Of a DNA stretch of 64,000 bases, positions 51,500 to 64,000 are shown one piece after another. The notes beneath the pieces are model-generated. The model was given only the letters and a program-made list of their open reading frames with translations. It was not told where the DNA came from and made no database searches. Source of the stretch: Callorhinchus milii (taxonomy: Eukaryota); the NCBI RefSeq assembly GCF_018977255.1, contig NW_024704743.1, forward strand, positions 47,060,001 through 47,124,000, given 5' to 3'. Every line of letters starts with the position of its first letter. Position 1 is the first letter of the stretch. Both the position numbers and the translations under genes were made by a program.

Positions 51500-53812
51500 T
51501 TCTACTTGAAATTTCCTTCAAAGGATTAACAGGAAATTGGGGGCTGGAGGAATTGGGTGTCTGAAACCAATTTTGTGTGGCTCTCAGTAGTTTCAAAGAC
51601 CCAAGAACCAAACTGAAACTCCTACATTGCCTCTGGACCTCAGGAGAGGGCCTGAACAAATGACATCTTAATGTTATTGTACAAATATCGGGATGACAGC
51701 AGTCACCAATAAAATGTTCTCATTAAGAAGCTGAATCTCTTGTATACAGGGACAGGTCCAGAGTTGGCCAGAAAAACTGGCTATTATACACTATTAATTT
51801 CCTCAGGTGAAAAAAAATGTGTAAAAGTAACATTAAAAGTTGTTCTCTCCCTCCCTCCCTTCTTTCAAGATACGTCCTAAAACACATCTTTGCGACTGCA
51901 CTTTTGTTCGTCTTTCCTCTCCCCATCCTCTCAGCTCCAACCCCCAGCTCAGTGCCTATCCAGCACTGTGAAACACTTTGAGACATCCTCTTGATGTGAA
52001 AGGTACTAGATAATGTAAACTGTCATGTAAATTGTATTTGTGCTAATGACCAAGACTTTACACTAATGAATGCAATGTCATGCATCCCCACAACCATATA
52101 TCCCTTTAACTTGTGATACTTCCACACACAATTCAAAAAGCCTCTGTGACTCCTGATAGCAAATGTAGTAAACCATCTTATCCTGCATACCCACAACTAT
52201 CCACATGTCCACTTATTTCCACTGGTCTCCGAAACCCGTGAAGTAGAGTTGCGATACTGATAAAGAAATACTTCTGTGCGTGTGACCAAGGCTATCAGTT
52301 ATGTGATTATTTTCCCAAGCAATAAAGTGTGTCATTCAGACATTTGTAGCAGGTACAGTGAGAAAGAAAGAATGTCAAAGCCAGAGAAAGAAAGTCAGAG
52401 AGAGACAATGTCAAAGAGAAAGAAGTCAGAAAGACAATAACATGCATTTACATAATGCTTTTCACACATAGATACATCCTGAAGTGCTTTACATAGATAG
52501 TGTTTGACACCAAGCGCGGAACATGTGGAGAAAAATACTTCCACAGAGAAAGCCATAAAGGTTAGAGAGTCAAAGTAAGAGTCAGAAGAAAGAGCTGGAG
52601 AGAGAAAACAAATCAGAGAGAGAGAGAGAGTCAGGGCCTGGCTCAGCATGGTATTATATTGACAGGATATGGAAGAGGTTTTTGGTTAGCACTGTAGCCA
52701 ATTTACATTTTGTGAGATAGACAAATCATCTGCACTGTTTCCATATCCATAGTCTCAATTTTTTGTGAATTTTGGGCTCATTACTGTAAAAGGGGTTCTG
52801 AAGAAATCAGTTTTGTACCTATTATTACAAAATAACATATGTATAGCGCCTTTCACGTCAGGAGGACATCACATGAACTGAAAACTTAACAGCTTCAATT
52901 ATGGATTTTGAAACGCTCCAACTTTGTGATAATTACATATTGCAGGTTTTTAAAATGATGTTCTTTTTTCTAAAGACTAATCTTTGCTGGGAATTCAAAG
53001 AATCATTTTCAGAAAAAAAACAATGGCTTTAAGATGTAATTTCAGGGAGAACAAGGCAAATGTAATTTTGAAACGCATCACTCCTCATTATTTGGCAAAG
53101 TGCCAATTAGCTTCTACAGCAGTCTGAAACTGCTATAGCACCACATAAAGCTATAGCATTTCACTCACAATTTAGTGGCATTATGTGCGTGCAATCTACA
53201 GAAAAAGCTTTCTTGTATCTGCTGCCTTTTTAAGTTGCCAAAAGCTCAGCAGATAGATATTCAATGCATTTTTTTAACAACCTATTTTGTTGGGAATAAT
53301 AATTAAAGGGAACATATCTGAAAGGTAAGCAATTATGTCAAAGGACATATCATGAACTCACATTTTTTCACAAAATGTTTCAAAGCATTGAAGAAAATAC
53401 TGTATATTCGTATCAGATTTAGAATCAACAGCACTTAGGTGAATATGAAAGAGGCAAAGATTAAAATGCTCAGTTAGACTTATAGGACCATGACATGTGA
53501 ATGATCATAATAAAAGATGAGAATCTCTATTCAATTGTATCCTTACAATAAAACAGTACAGTGAGGAGCAGCAGCAGAATGGTGGAGAGTATTGATCTAA
53601 ATCACTATCATTATAACTGCTGCAGCACATAATTCTCTGCAAGGGGCAGAGAATGGAGGAGTTAATGTTTAATTCCCCGCAAAATAATAGAGAACTAACT
53701 GTAGAAACACTTACTGAAAGCCTGACTCATTTGTGGGCCAGAGAAAATTGAAATTGTAAGACTTAGACTTTACCCTGACTGATCTTCTGGTGAAAACTGA
53801 TATTATAGGAAG

Positions 53813-53973
53813 TAATAATAATAATCTTTGCATTAGATATAGTGCCTTATCTATACTTGAGACATCTCAAAGCACTTCACAGAATATATTGTAAAGTCGA
53901 TTGAGTGTATTTTGTGGGCGAAACCCGGGAGCCAATTGTGCAGAGAAGTGTCCCATAAACAGTTGTGGATTGA
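53813..53973 (-). mobile_element. Young SINE 3' fragment
   Basis: Reverse complement of the family tail and body. Further 3' fragments at ~9258-9365, 14060-14256, 23225-23400, 50820-50980 and 51265-51375. Confidence 0.85.
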
Positions 53974-54351
53974 AGCAGTCTTTAAGCTGGAGGGAACTGT
54001 CTTCAATGACACCATATTAACCTAATCAGAATTATATGCATTTGAAACTCTTCCAGTGGAAGGGAGTGAGTGTGGTAGGAAGATGGAATAGAATCTTTCG
54101 TAATGAATCTGAACTAGGTGGCCGAGCATCAGAGCCCACTATTGAAGCTGCTGCTGGTGGAGGGGTGGAATTTCAGTACTAATTTTACTCAAGCATGGAT
54201 TCAGCAATGTGTACACTTGAGTGTGGGCTTTGGGAGAGCAGAGATTAACTGGAGAAAGTTGTTTCTCATTTTAAAATCCTCATTCTGTCAGTCACAGGGA
54301 GGCAGATATGGTTTACAGACAGCTGCTGTGATAATCTATCTTGGGACTCAC

Positions 54352-54407
54352 CTCTTGAGGGCAAATCTCTCTCTTCGGCCGCGGTGTTTCCTGTTGCAAC
54401 TGATATA
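54352..54407 (-). CDS. CHN2: Beta2-chimaerin coding exon (exon 3 equivalent), (L)YQLQQETPRPKREICPQE
   Basis: cag|TATATCAG...CAAGAG|gtgagt. 56 nt, phase 1 to 0, in frame with neighbours. Matches YQLQQEAPRPKRIICPRE. Confidence 0.95.
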
Positions 54408-56296
54408 CTGTCCAAAAGCAAAGCAACATATAAGCAATATTATCATTTTATGCGTATTTAAAAATACAAATCCCCAGCAAGTTAACTACAGAAATGCCAC
54501 CTGCATTGATGCTTTTATCCCATAATTACCCAGACCTCATTCCTGAAGTAGTCCTTAAAAGAGATTGCATACACGTGAGGAGAAATTCCACTTGGCTCAA
54601 CATTTATGTGATTTATACAGCATTTCATTGTTCAGATTTCTCCAAATTGTTGAATTCTGTCTTAATTGTGAAGCCGCCATTTTGCAGCTGTTAAAAGCAC
54701 TCACGGGCTTCAAAATGAAGGTCATGTTTAAGAATTTACCAAACCTCTTTGAAATGCTAGGAAAATAGAGTAAATCTAGAAATATCTATTCCACAGTGCT
54801 TAAAGTAAGTCCTGCTTAACATGCACATGATCCTATTCACTTAAGACACCTTGGCTGTATTCAGGCTATTTTACAAGTCACATCTCTAATCAATTCAGCA
54901 CATTACCTTTAACTGTACCACCTTTATTATTTAGCGCAGTAGGAGGGCATGGGTCACACCCAAAAAACAAAACTTGCACAATAGTTTTAACAAAAAAAAT
55001 ACAGAAGCTCTAACTCCATACATCTGTCGTTTCCAAACTCCCTTCTCAAACGCCCAAGCCCCCAGCTTTATATTAGTGCTTAATTATTACTTAGGACTGG
55101 TGCCCAATTATCACAAACTTCAGTCAAGTCTGATTGGAGTCCAGTCCTTGTTAGCTCCCTTTACACATAGGTTGAGTGCCAATAACCATAAAAGGGTTTA
55201 TCCCTGTCACAAACACGAATTCCATCGTAAATATATGACACATCCATTTAACCAGAGAGTTATCATGAAGACTAATGGATAGCATTGAACAATTTTAAAA
55301 TTGATCCAATTGCTGAGGCAAAATAAAATACCTGTAATTGTCCAAAATCCAACTTTCTAATCTTGCTCATCTCTGTGCTGCTCAGGGTCACTCAATACTC
55401 CTCACTGAGGAGTCAGACAGATGAGCTGGATACTGTGAATCTAGATCCTACGCTGCACTCACTGGGCTCTACAGCCAAAGTGAATGATCCTAATAAAAGA
55501 TGAGAATGAGGGAATCCAGCCAAATCTATTGAGTGCAGAGCAGGACAATCTTTGAAAACTATGAGTGCCAGTCAGCATTTTGGGATGTCCTTCTGACCTA
55601 TAATTGTGCTATATAAATGTAATTTGTTGTGTTGTTGTTATCTGTTTAGGCAGATCCCTGAAAACAGTGAAAACAGTGATTTTTCCCACTCAATTTTTAT
55701 TATGTGGTCTGAAATGCAGTAATGCCAAAACCAAGGAATCTCTTCTTGGAAACACGGCGATTTATACTTCCTCCTCCCGAGTGGAACTTCCGAAGGATTA
55801 TCTAAAATGAGCTTAAAATCGGTCCACACTCTTTTTCCATTTAATAATCCAATGTGCTGATAGAAGGAAAAGGGCAGCAATTTGAATAATTCCCATAATC
55901 AAATCTTCTGCATCTTGGGGACAGGAGTGCTAGGAGATAAAGTCTTGTTCTATTTCAACACAGGTTTCTGACTGACCCTTGATATTGGTTATGTTGATTG
56001 ATTTAAAAAAGGTTAAACTGTCACTGAATGTTTGATTATTTCACCAAAAAGGCCAATTTCAAAGAATGAGCGTTCTCTTTTATTATTAAGTGCACCTGAT
56101 CTATTTGCCCTGAAGCATTTCATCAAAAATAAATGACGCCTGAGGTGCTTTTACTGCAATCAAAATGGGCCAAAATGAGGGTGGACGTAAATGTGGTGTC
56201 AAGAGAATAAGCACGTCAATCGGTTAGCGCTTGTACAGAAACCCATAGCTCACCACACATACGTCTCACACACACGCGCTCAGCTTTGAAACTTAC

Positions 56297-56335
56297 AGTA
56301 GGATTTCCATATCGGTGGTTGGTAATCTTCACCAT
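56297..56335 (-). CDS. CHN2: Beta2-chimaerin coding exon (exon 2 equivalent), (D)GEDYQPPIWKSY(L)
   Basis: Minus strand reads tttctag|ATGGTGAAGATTACCAACCACCGATATGGAAATCCTACT|gtaagt. 39 nt, phase 1 to 1. Matches the YQPPIWKSYL motif of beta2-chimaerin. Too short for the ORF track. Confidence 0.95.
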
Positions 56336-57651
56336 CTAGAAAAGACAAGAGGCAAGAAATTAGAGATGAGAGAAAAGAGACCTTTCATTATTTAAAAAAT
56401 ACATATATAAATCAATCCGAAATATAAGATTGAGGAGCTCCTTCCTCTTGCATTGTTGTTAAGTGTTAATCTCAGTAACTATGAGAAATAGCCCTCATAG
56501 GCCAAGATTTGTTGTGTCAGTTTTTAGAGAATATGTATCCCTCTTTTGGAATATTTAAGCTACTAAACCGGCGCAAAGAAAAGTTGGGAACTGACAGTAA
56601 CTCTTTCAACACTTGACTCACGGAACTTCTGGCCACATTTTTGAAATTATCATTACAGCAAGAAATGACACCGTGCAAAAAGCAAACTTGCAATCGAACA
56701 TAATAAAAGGGCTAAATGATAAGGTAAAGTCTAATTGATTCTTTATAATCAGAACTAAGATCATTTTTGCAAACCCAGTTTAAAATGATTTAGACGAGGA
56801 GTTGACCTCCAATTTGTTACAGTTGTGGTGTGTCAACCTTAGCAAGGATACCATTCTTTGCTCGCACTCATATATAATTTGTAATGATAAATTGGCAGTG
56901 GTTCCGGTTCCCACCTAAATAGTGCACATTTTCTTGCTTCTAATAACAAACTATAGTTTCCACATTTTGTCTTGTGCTGCCCTTTGGGACTCAAATCTCT
57001 CCCACATTTTATTACACGTATAATTTCTCTCTATGTTGGACCCTCGTCTCCACACCTCTTCAGGAGTTTGATAATATTGGGAGTGTTTATTTTATTTTGG
57101 AAAAACAAACAAAAAGGAATATCTTAATCTAAATCTCGTATACACTTATAGGCTCAGAGCATATGGCTGCACCTCCATCTCCCCTTCATTCTGGTTTCTC
57201 TCTACACTATGTACCAACAGTACTAATGAAAGCTTTTTCAAAACCCCCAAAGGCTCGGTTGATGAAGCTACTGCCTGCAGTAAAATTGAGGCGTATAGAC
57301 CAGCAAGGTATTAAAATTCAAATCCAGCTGACACTTTCCTGGGTAGATTGATGAGAAGCATTTATGTAGCTTAAGAACAAGAGAATATACTTATTCTGAA
57401 CACATTAGCTCAGCCTCACATGGGGATTAAAAGAGATGCCATTATTAAAATTGTGACATTATATTTTCAAAGCTTTTGGAATTGGGCTCACACAACATAC
57501 CCCAAAACACAGGGTGTCTGAATCCATTATTTTTCCATTTAAAAGAGAGATGTGATTCCAACATTTTCAGAAAGGTGTTAGAAAGATCTAATTAAGATGA
57601 TTTAAATTTATCAAGGCTCATTTTGTTTGCTGTATATCAGCTGAATCTTAC

Positions 57652-57685
57652 GATCTGGTGCTTCTGAAGGGCATGGAAACATCAT
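57652..57685 (-). CDS. Weak candidate alternative first coding exon (MMFPCPSEAPD, phase 1) upstream of exon 2
   Basis: ATG ATG...GAT C|gtaaga. Phase 1 matches the exon-2 acceptor 1.3 kb downstream. Confidence 0.25.
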
Positions 57686-58704
57686 ATGGCTCGATGATGC
57701 TCTTGTACTTTGGTGCTGAAATCTCTGCTGATTATCGTTGCTTAAATGTCTGATTACTAAGGTGGTCTGGAAAAAGGGATGAAGGAGATGCTGGTCTAGT
57801 GACCCTCTGGGAGACTGTCTGTGCAAACTAGCAGCTCTTGCCTTGAAGTAGAATAACTCAATTCTATTTGACAAATATTCCACTGTTCAAATCTCCTCCG
57901 AGCAGCCCAACCCCCGTTGAACAGCATCTTCAGAGCATCACAGTGCAGAGCCTGTGTCTGGTGAACTAGAATTAATGTTATTTGCAGGATAGCTTTTGGT
58001 GCTTGTATTAATACAGATACCGTGCAGTATTACACGAAAGGAGTCATCCATTTCATTCCAGTGAGTTTCAAAAAAATACATTGCAAGTGGATTCAGCATA
58101 TGATTTATAGATTTGAATTGATATTTGCAGTCTTTTTTTTAAGAGAAACATTTTACCTGAAGATACTCTTAGAATTTTGTTTTCATCTAACATAGGCTGT
58201 TTGGTCTGGGTAAATCCGTCTGAGCAAAAGCTTTTCATTAGAGTGTCTGTCACTTGGATATGTGCCTGCCATATCTGTTTTGTGGTTAACAATAACATAT
58301 CAGCTGAACGTGAATACCTAGACTGGCAGATGAGGGTTCAGACCTGGTGGCTTCTTCACAATCATTTAATTACAATGTCAGGATAGAATCTCAAAGGTGA
58401 TTTGTATTGTATTGAACTTGAGGGATTTAAACCACATTAAATGCTTTTTCAACTGACCTTCCTCAGGCAGTATCAAAGCAGTAACGTCCTTGACATCTAA
58501 GTGTCTTTTATTTACCTTGTAATTAACCTGTGGCAATATTCCAGAGAGGCAAAGTGTCAGTGTTTTATGGCCTAAGAAGACCAATGAGCTTAATATTACT
58601 TACTACAATATTCGTATTAAGAGTGTTATCAGACTATCTACATTTGAAACTTTCCGGCCTGTCCTGGCTCAGTTGATAGCGTTCTTGCCTCTGAGTCACA
58701 GATT

Positions 58705-59074
58705 GTGGAGTCCTGTAGCTCAGTGGTTAGAGCAGTCGTCTCACAAGCGAGAGGACCTTGATTCTATTCCCGGCAGGGCGAAATGTTGGGCAAGATTCCT
58801 TACTCCACATACCACTGTTTACCTAGCAGTAAGTAGGAACCCGGTTGTAGGTCGATTGGCAGATCGCTTTTCTGGGCGGTAATAATCGCTTAATAATAAT
58901 AATTTGGTCACTCAATCCATGACTGTTTCTGGGACACTGCTGTGTGCAATTGGCTGCCATGTTTCGCACACAAAATACACAGTCAATTCACTTTACAGTA
59001 TATTCTGTGTAGCGCTTTGAGACATCTCGAAGACATGATGAGGTGCTAAATCAAATGCAAGGATTATTATTATT
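58705..59074 (+). mobile_element. Young tRNA-derived SINE, long variant, full length, nested in the head of an older Deu-SINE (~58660-59210)
   Basis: Host ggctcagttgatagcgttcttgcctctgagtcacagattgt resumes after the tail. attgt appears at both junctions. Confidence 0.9.
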
Positions 59075-59869
59075 GTAGGTCTTTTCCCACATCATGACTT
59101 TGAACTCGCATAGACTGGACTCTAGGCTGACACTTCAATATAGTGCTGGGGGAACCCTACGTTGTTGAAGGTGCTGTTCTTCAGATATTAAACCGAGATC
59201 TCATCTGCCTTGAGTTGTCCTCACAATGTGAAAGGTGCTCAATAAATGTAAATTTGTATTGTACTGTATATGATTATAAATAGTATCACAATGCTATTGG
59301 AGGGATCTACAGCTCTAACTCTTTCCAGCCCTGCACGTGTATAACAAAGCATTCCTGAGCAGCGTGAATGGCAGACCTTCATGGTGCAGCACTGTTTGCA
59401 TTACATCGTGTGAGCTAGCTGGTATTGCTTGATCATTCTGTATAGGGCCAAAGACACAATTTAAATGTGCTGAAAAAAGCTCCTTGCTGAATTCTTTCTG
59501 CAAATTAATATCATACGTTTACCACAGCACACTCTGAGAGGAGTCATCCTCATCTCAAAATTAATTTAAATCTTGCTTGGAGCGACAGTATTTCAGTCCA
59601 CCCTGGAGCAGTGATGCATCTCAGTCAAACCTGCACTGTTTACAGTGCTTATCATATCCTTAAGACCCAACTGCGGTTTAACAAGCACTGGACATCCTAC
59701 TGAATTCAGCCTTGCCAACAAATTTAGGTAGAAATTTTTGTCAAGTTTTATCATTGTTATTAAAGACACAATAGAGAGTGGAAACTAACTATCACCACAT
59801 GCGCCAAACATCTGGTAAACACATCTGGATAGAACTAGACTGTGAAATACAATATATAGGTTACATAAT

Positions 59870-60750
59870 TTTTTTTAGGTCAGCTAGGTGTCTGACATAT
59901 GTGGAAACACATCACCATGCTTAAGAGAATCCAAATCAAACTGAAAATTCCATGCATCCCACCTACACATGGAAATTCCAGAGATAAATTGTTGGAATGG
60001 AATGTGCACTCTCTCCCTGGAGAGACACATCCTGCTTACCTAATTCTGGAAAGTATTAGACTGAGGTTGGCAAGAACCAAGGCTTGGGGACCCCAGAGTG
60101 TGCGTTGGGATACTGCTGGAGTCTAGCCAGCTAAAACCAGTCCTCCTGAAAATATTCTTCCCGACATTCAGCTCCAATGATGTCCAGCTTACCACCCCAT
60201 CCATAGTCACTAGTTGGTCATTTGGCAGCCCACAAGTGTGAGTTTGAGCCCTCATTAGGTAGATGGCAGGTATCAGGAACTCCCTGTGAGCTTCCTTGTG
60301 AAAGGAATACCACCAGCTTCCTGCCTGCAGCTCGGACATACATCCTTTCCCATTGAGCGATGGTTCCACAAGTTGGAGGTGCAGAGCTTAAGCAGCAGCT
60401 GTTTACCTCTCTGCAAACTGTACAAAGTAGATGAACGAATGCAGGTTCATGAACTTGATTCCAGGTTACACCCTCTAGCAGCGGTCGCCCCAAGCCTCAT
60501 AGTTTCCTCATCAGCTATCTGACGGATATCTGCCTTCAGCACAGTGGGAGGACCTTTACAGGACAGCTTGTGAGGTTCCAGCTGCCTTGTTCTCGAGGTC
60601 CAAGTCCAATACCGTGTACTAGGCTTACTCATCACTAGCTACTTAATCCAGGTCCTCATGTGATGGGCCTTGGCAAATAGGCATGCCAGCTGTGAAGCCA
60701 CCTCCATCTCCAAGGTGGTTGGCCTGTATAGGCCAAAACCTCTTTCCCCA
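59870..60750 (-). mobile_element. Longest copy of the unclassified A-tailed repeat, probably a retroposon
   Basis: 59870-60120 is the reverse complement of 11350-11595. The GC-richer extension to ~60750 is inferred to belong to it. Confidence 0.55.
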
Positions 60751-62128
60751 CAGCCGCTACTGTGTTTAACTCAAATCATGCAGTATTCTACCAATTTATA
60801 AAGAATGTCAGCTCAGAAACAGGTCACTCAGCCCAACCAGTCTGTGCTAGTGCTCCCCCAGCACTGCATTCAAGTGTCAGTTTAGATTATCAACTCAAAG
60901 TCCCCAAGTGGGGCTTGAACCCACAATCTTCTCGCTCAGAAGTAAAAGTGCTAGCAACTGAGCCAGGCTGACACCTTGATCGTAGGTAGTTGTGGGATGG
61001 TGGAGGGGGAAAGAAGACAAGTGTGAAGGTTGTAGCAGAAAATATCTTAAGCAAGTAACTCAGGGAGAGGGTATGATGAACAGAATATAAGGGGCCATAC
61101 TGTGGGGGTTACTTTAGGCTTACAAATGACAGTACTGTCAATCCTGCATTGCCAATTACCAACTCAGCTCGACTATTGCTTGTGAAAGCCAGGAACTGCT
61201 ATTGCAAGATTGATGTCAAGGTTCTCTGCAAACAGCAGCATGATTCTGAGATATTAATTCCACCCAGAAAAATCTAAATAGCTTATAAGTTTGATTTTCA
61301 GTAAGCGAGCAACTTTAATTAGGTTCTTCAGAAACTGAATAAATGTGTTTATGGAGCAGAACAGCTTGAAGTGGGAGAAGATATTCGCAGCCCATTAAGA
61401 GATAGAGGACCTTAATTCTTTATCAATTTCCTCTACATCTACTATTTTCTCATCAGTTCTCAGTCTCACACGATTAGTGCTGTAAAATTGAGTCAGATGT
61501 GGTTTACAGTTACTGCCAAACATTTAATGATGGTCTCGTCACAGCAAGCACCTTCCTGCAGCCTTTTTATGAAATTACTATTAAAAGCTTTTCAGGACTG
61601 ATGTTGGTGTCCTACCTAGACTCAAAGTTCCTGTCTGGGAGAGAAAAAAATGATTGTTAAATAGAGACTGGAACAGGACTGGACTGCATCTGAGTGACCT
61701 AAAACTCAGCAGTTAGCAACCAATGTGGCATTGCATTCTACCGCATGAACAACGGTCTTACTTAGAAAGAGCTGCATTTTGTGTCATAATAAAAATAACC
61801 TCTAAACCTATGTGTGGGTGCTGACATCACAGCATTTGTAAAGTAACATTGTAAAAAGGTACAAATTAACTAACCTTGTTTACCTTCTGAAAATGTCTAC
61901 CTTTATATTAGGTAACTAGGCCAGAAGTATGTTGGAACTCAACCGATTATTATTATTATTATTATAAGTATTTGGAGACCACAGCAGTGAGGACAAAGGA
62001 TTAGCAGATAACAAAATAATTGAGGAAAATGTTTTTTAAAAAAAATTGTTGGGAATGTAAACCTTGCTTGAAACCAGAAACAGCATCTGAAAACACAAAG
62101 TGAACCTCCTCCAGGGAAGCATATGTAA

Positions 62129-62505
62129 CAATAATAATCCTTGCATTTGATATAGCCCCTTATCACATCTTCAAGACTCCTCAAAGCACTTCAGATTATA
62201 TTGTAAAGTGAATTGACTGTATATTTTGTGGGCGAAACGCAGCAGCAAATTGCGCACAGAAGTATCCGACAAACATTCGTGGATTGAGTGACCAAATTAT
62301 TATTATATTTATTTTGAAGGGATTATTACCCCCAAAAAGCAATGCACCAATTGACTGACAACTGGGTTCCTACTTACTGCTAGGTAAACAGAGTTGTGTG
62401 GAGTACAGAAACGTGCCTCATATTTCGCCCTGCAAGGGAATCAAATCCAAATCCTCTCACTTGCGAGGCGAGTGCTTTAACCACTACTATATTGGACTGC
62501 ACAAA
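62129..62505 (-). mobile_element. Young tRNA-derived SINE, long variant, full length
   Basis: Flanked by atatgtaa at 62121-62128 and 62506-62513. Confidence 0.9.
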
Positions 62506-63544
62506 ATATGTAAATTACAGCAACTCTAGCATTATAATAACCCTCTATTCTGAGGCGATCTCAGATCGAAGCCAAGGTCCCATGTGCCTACAAAGTAACA
62601 ATCACAATACTTCACAGTGAAATCCCGTGAAGTGCTTTGAGACTTCTCAAAAACCTGATAAAACGCTGTATAAAATCCAAAGATTATTAAGATTGCAAGA
62701 TTAGTTCAGATGAAGAAAGCCCTTCGGCCTGTTTGATCTCATCTTTCTACATTAACCACTCTTAGTTCTCCCATCACATGCCAACATCTGAGAAAACAAA
62801 AGGGAAAAAAATATAAACCCTTGTGCTGCAGAAGCAGAAATATAAAAATGAAAGTCAACCCAAAATCACAGGAAATTTGTCTTTTGCTGCGATGCCAAAT
62901 ATTTACAAAGCATGCCTGCCTGACTTGTAGTGAATTCTGGTGAAAAAATTGCTGTACACTTCATCACGCAAGTCATCGACTGAAAAAGATCAGGCAATAT
63001 CGCATTGAGTTTTGACAGGCAATTCAAAGCTGTCCTCCCTCTACTCCTTTCCACTCTGTCCTCACTGCGCTGTCAACATGCTAGTCAAAACCTCTCAGCA
63101 CCAGCCTCCTTCCATCATCATGGCTAAAAGTCCATTTATATGCTGATGATGTTCCACTCGGTATGTGGCCTCCACCCCAGCAGCAAACTGACAATAATTA
63201 AGCATCTTTACTACCTCCACAGTAACTCACTGAGATGTGTCAGTACCTCTGCTTTTGATTAATTCTAATTTTCTACCTGGTCTTGTCTGTGCAGCAACAC
63301 CACTCCTTTTACACTTCAATAAGTATAGATAGAGGCTCATTTCTGCAAGTCTACAGTGATGGATGGTTCGGTAGAAAAGGCAGAAAAGTAGGCAAAGATA
63401 TCTGGTGAAGCACCATGGCATCCAGGGCAGGAGGTTGTGGGTCCAGGTTAACGTGTTGAGCTCAACATGCTGTTCTGCTGTGGCATCTGGTTTCCTGCAT
63501 TGTACTGAGTTAGCTGGTCTCAGCAGAGTGTGATAATTGGATAT

Positions 63545-63900
63545 TATCAGGGATGAATGAATACAGCTATCAAGAAAGATTGGACGGGTTGCAGCTTCTC
63601 CCTCTAGAATTGAGATGATTGAGAGGAGATCTTACAAAGGTGTTTAAGATTATGAAAGAATCCAAGAAGGTGAATGCTGGATAGGCTGTTTCCACTTGTT
63701 GATGAGTCCAAAACGAGGGGGCATAAATATAAAGTAGCTCAGGGTAAATCTAAAAGGGGGTTTAGGAGGAACTTCTTTATGCCGAGCGTGGCAGGAATAT
63801 GGAACTCACTGCCGCAAGTTGTGGTTAAAGCAAGAAGGCATCAATGAATTTAAGAGGAAACTTGATGCACACAAGAGGGAGCAGGGAATAGAGGGATAAA
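63545..63900 (+). mobile_element. CR1 LINE 3' fragment
   Basis: agctatcaagaaagattgg...ttgagaggagatctt...gtgtttaagattatgaa...acgagggggcataaatataaa...tggaactcactgcc, the CR1 ORF2 end. Confidence 0.88.
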
Positions 63901-64000
63901 GGTGCAAAATTGTATAGGGTATAAACATTTGGGTGAGGTATGGAGGGGGTGGAAGGGAGGGGCTGGGTCAATCATACCACATCCAGCAATGATCAGCACC

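Noticed and set aside
58710..58781. tRNA-Val(CAC) gene (also at 26268, 37984, 46044, 48165 and 62425)
   Set aside because: Each copy continues into the SINE body and tail, carries different mutations and has no Pol III T-run terminator; these are SINE heads.
56336..64000. Canonical beta2 exon 1 and CpG-island promoter
   Set aside because: No Ser-rich MAASS-like exon or CpG island seen; presumably beyond the right edge.

Overview
Eukaryotic (vertebrate) genomic DNA, not prokaryotic. The repeat landscape (Deu-domain tRNA-SINEs, L2 and CR1 LINEs, a Penelope-type terminal repeat) suggests a cartilaginous fish; this is an inference. The whole window lies inside one minus-strand gene, CHN2 (beta-chimaerin, SH2-C1-RacGAP). 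Six coding exons equivalent to beta2 exons 2-7 (39, 56, 32, 114, 286 and 78 nt) have canonical AG/GT sites and splice in frame. The beta1-specific first exon runs straight into exon 7. Exon 1 and the C1/GAP exons were not found and presumably lie outside the window. The rest is intron filled with retroposon fragments and a few non-autonomous DNA transposons. Nearly all entries in the ORF track are spurious or LINE remnants. Most notable: a candidate extra in-frame first exon in intron 6 (18727-18825); a second candidate upstream of exon 2; a degenerate inverted hammerhead-ribozyme pair in a Penelope-type repeat; an inverted/direct-repeat element of about 1 kb; a 134-bp hairpin; a bipartite CTCF-like site; and repeated nested SINE insertions with TSDs. 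No clearly new biological system can be established from sequence alone. Repeat boundaries are approximate.
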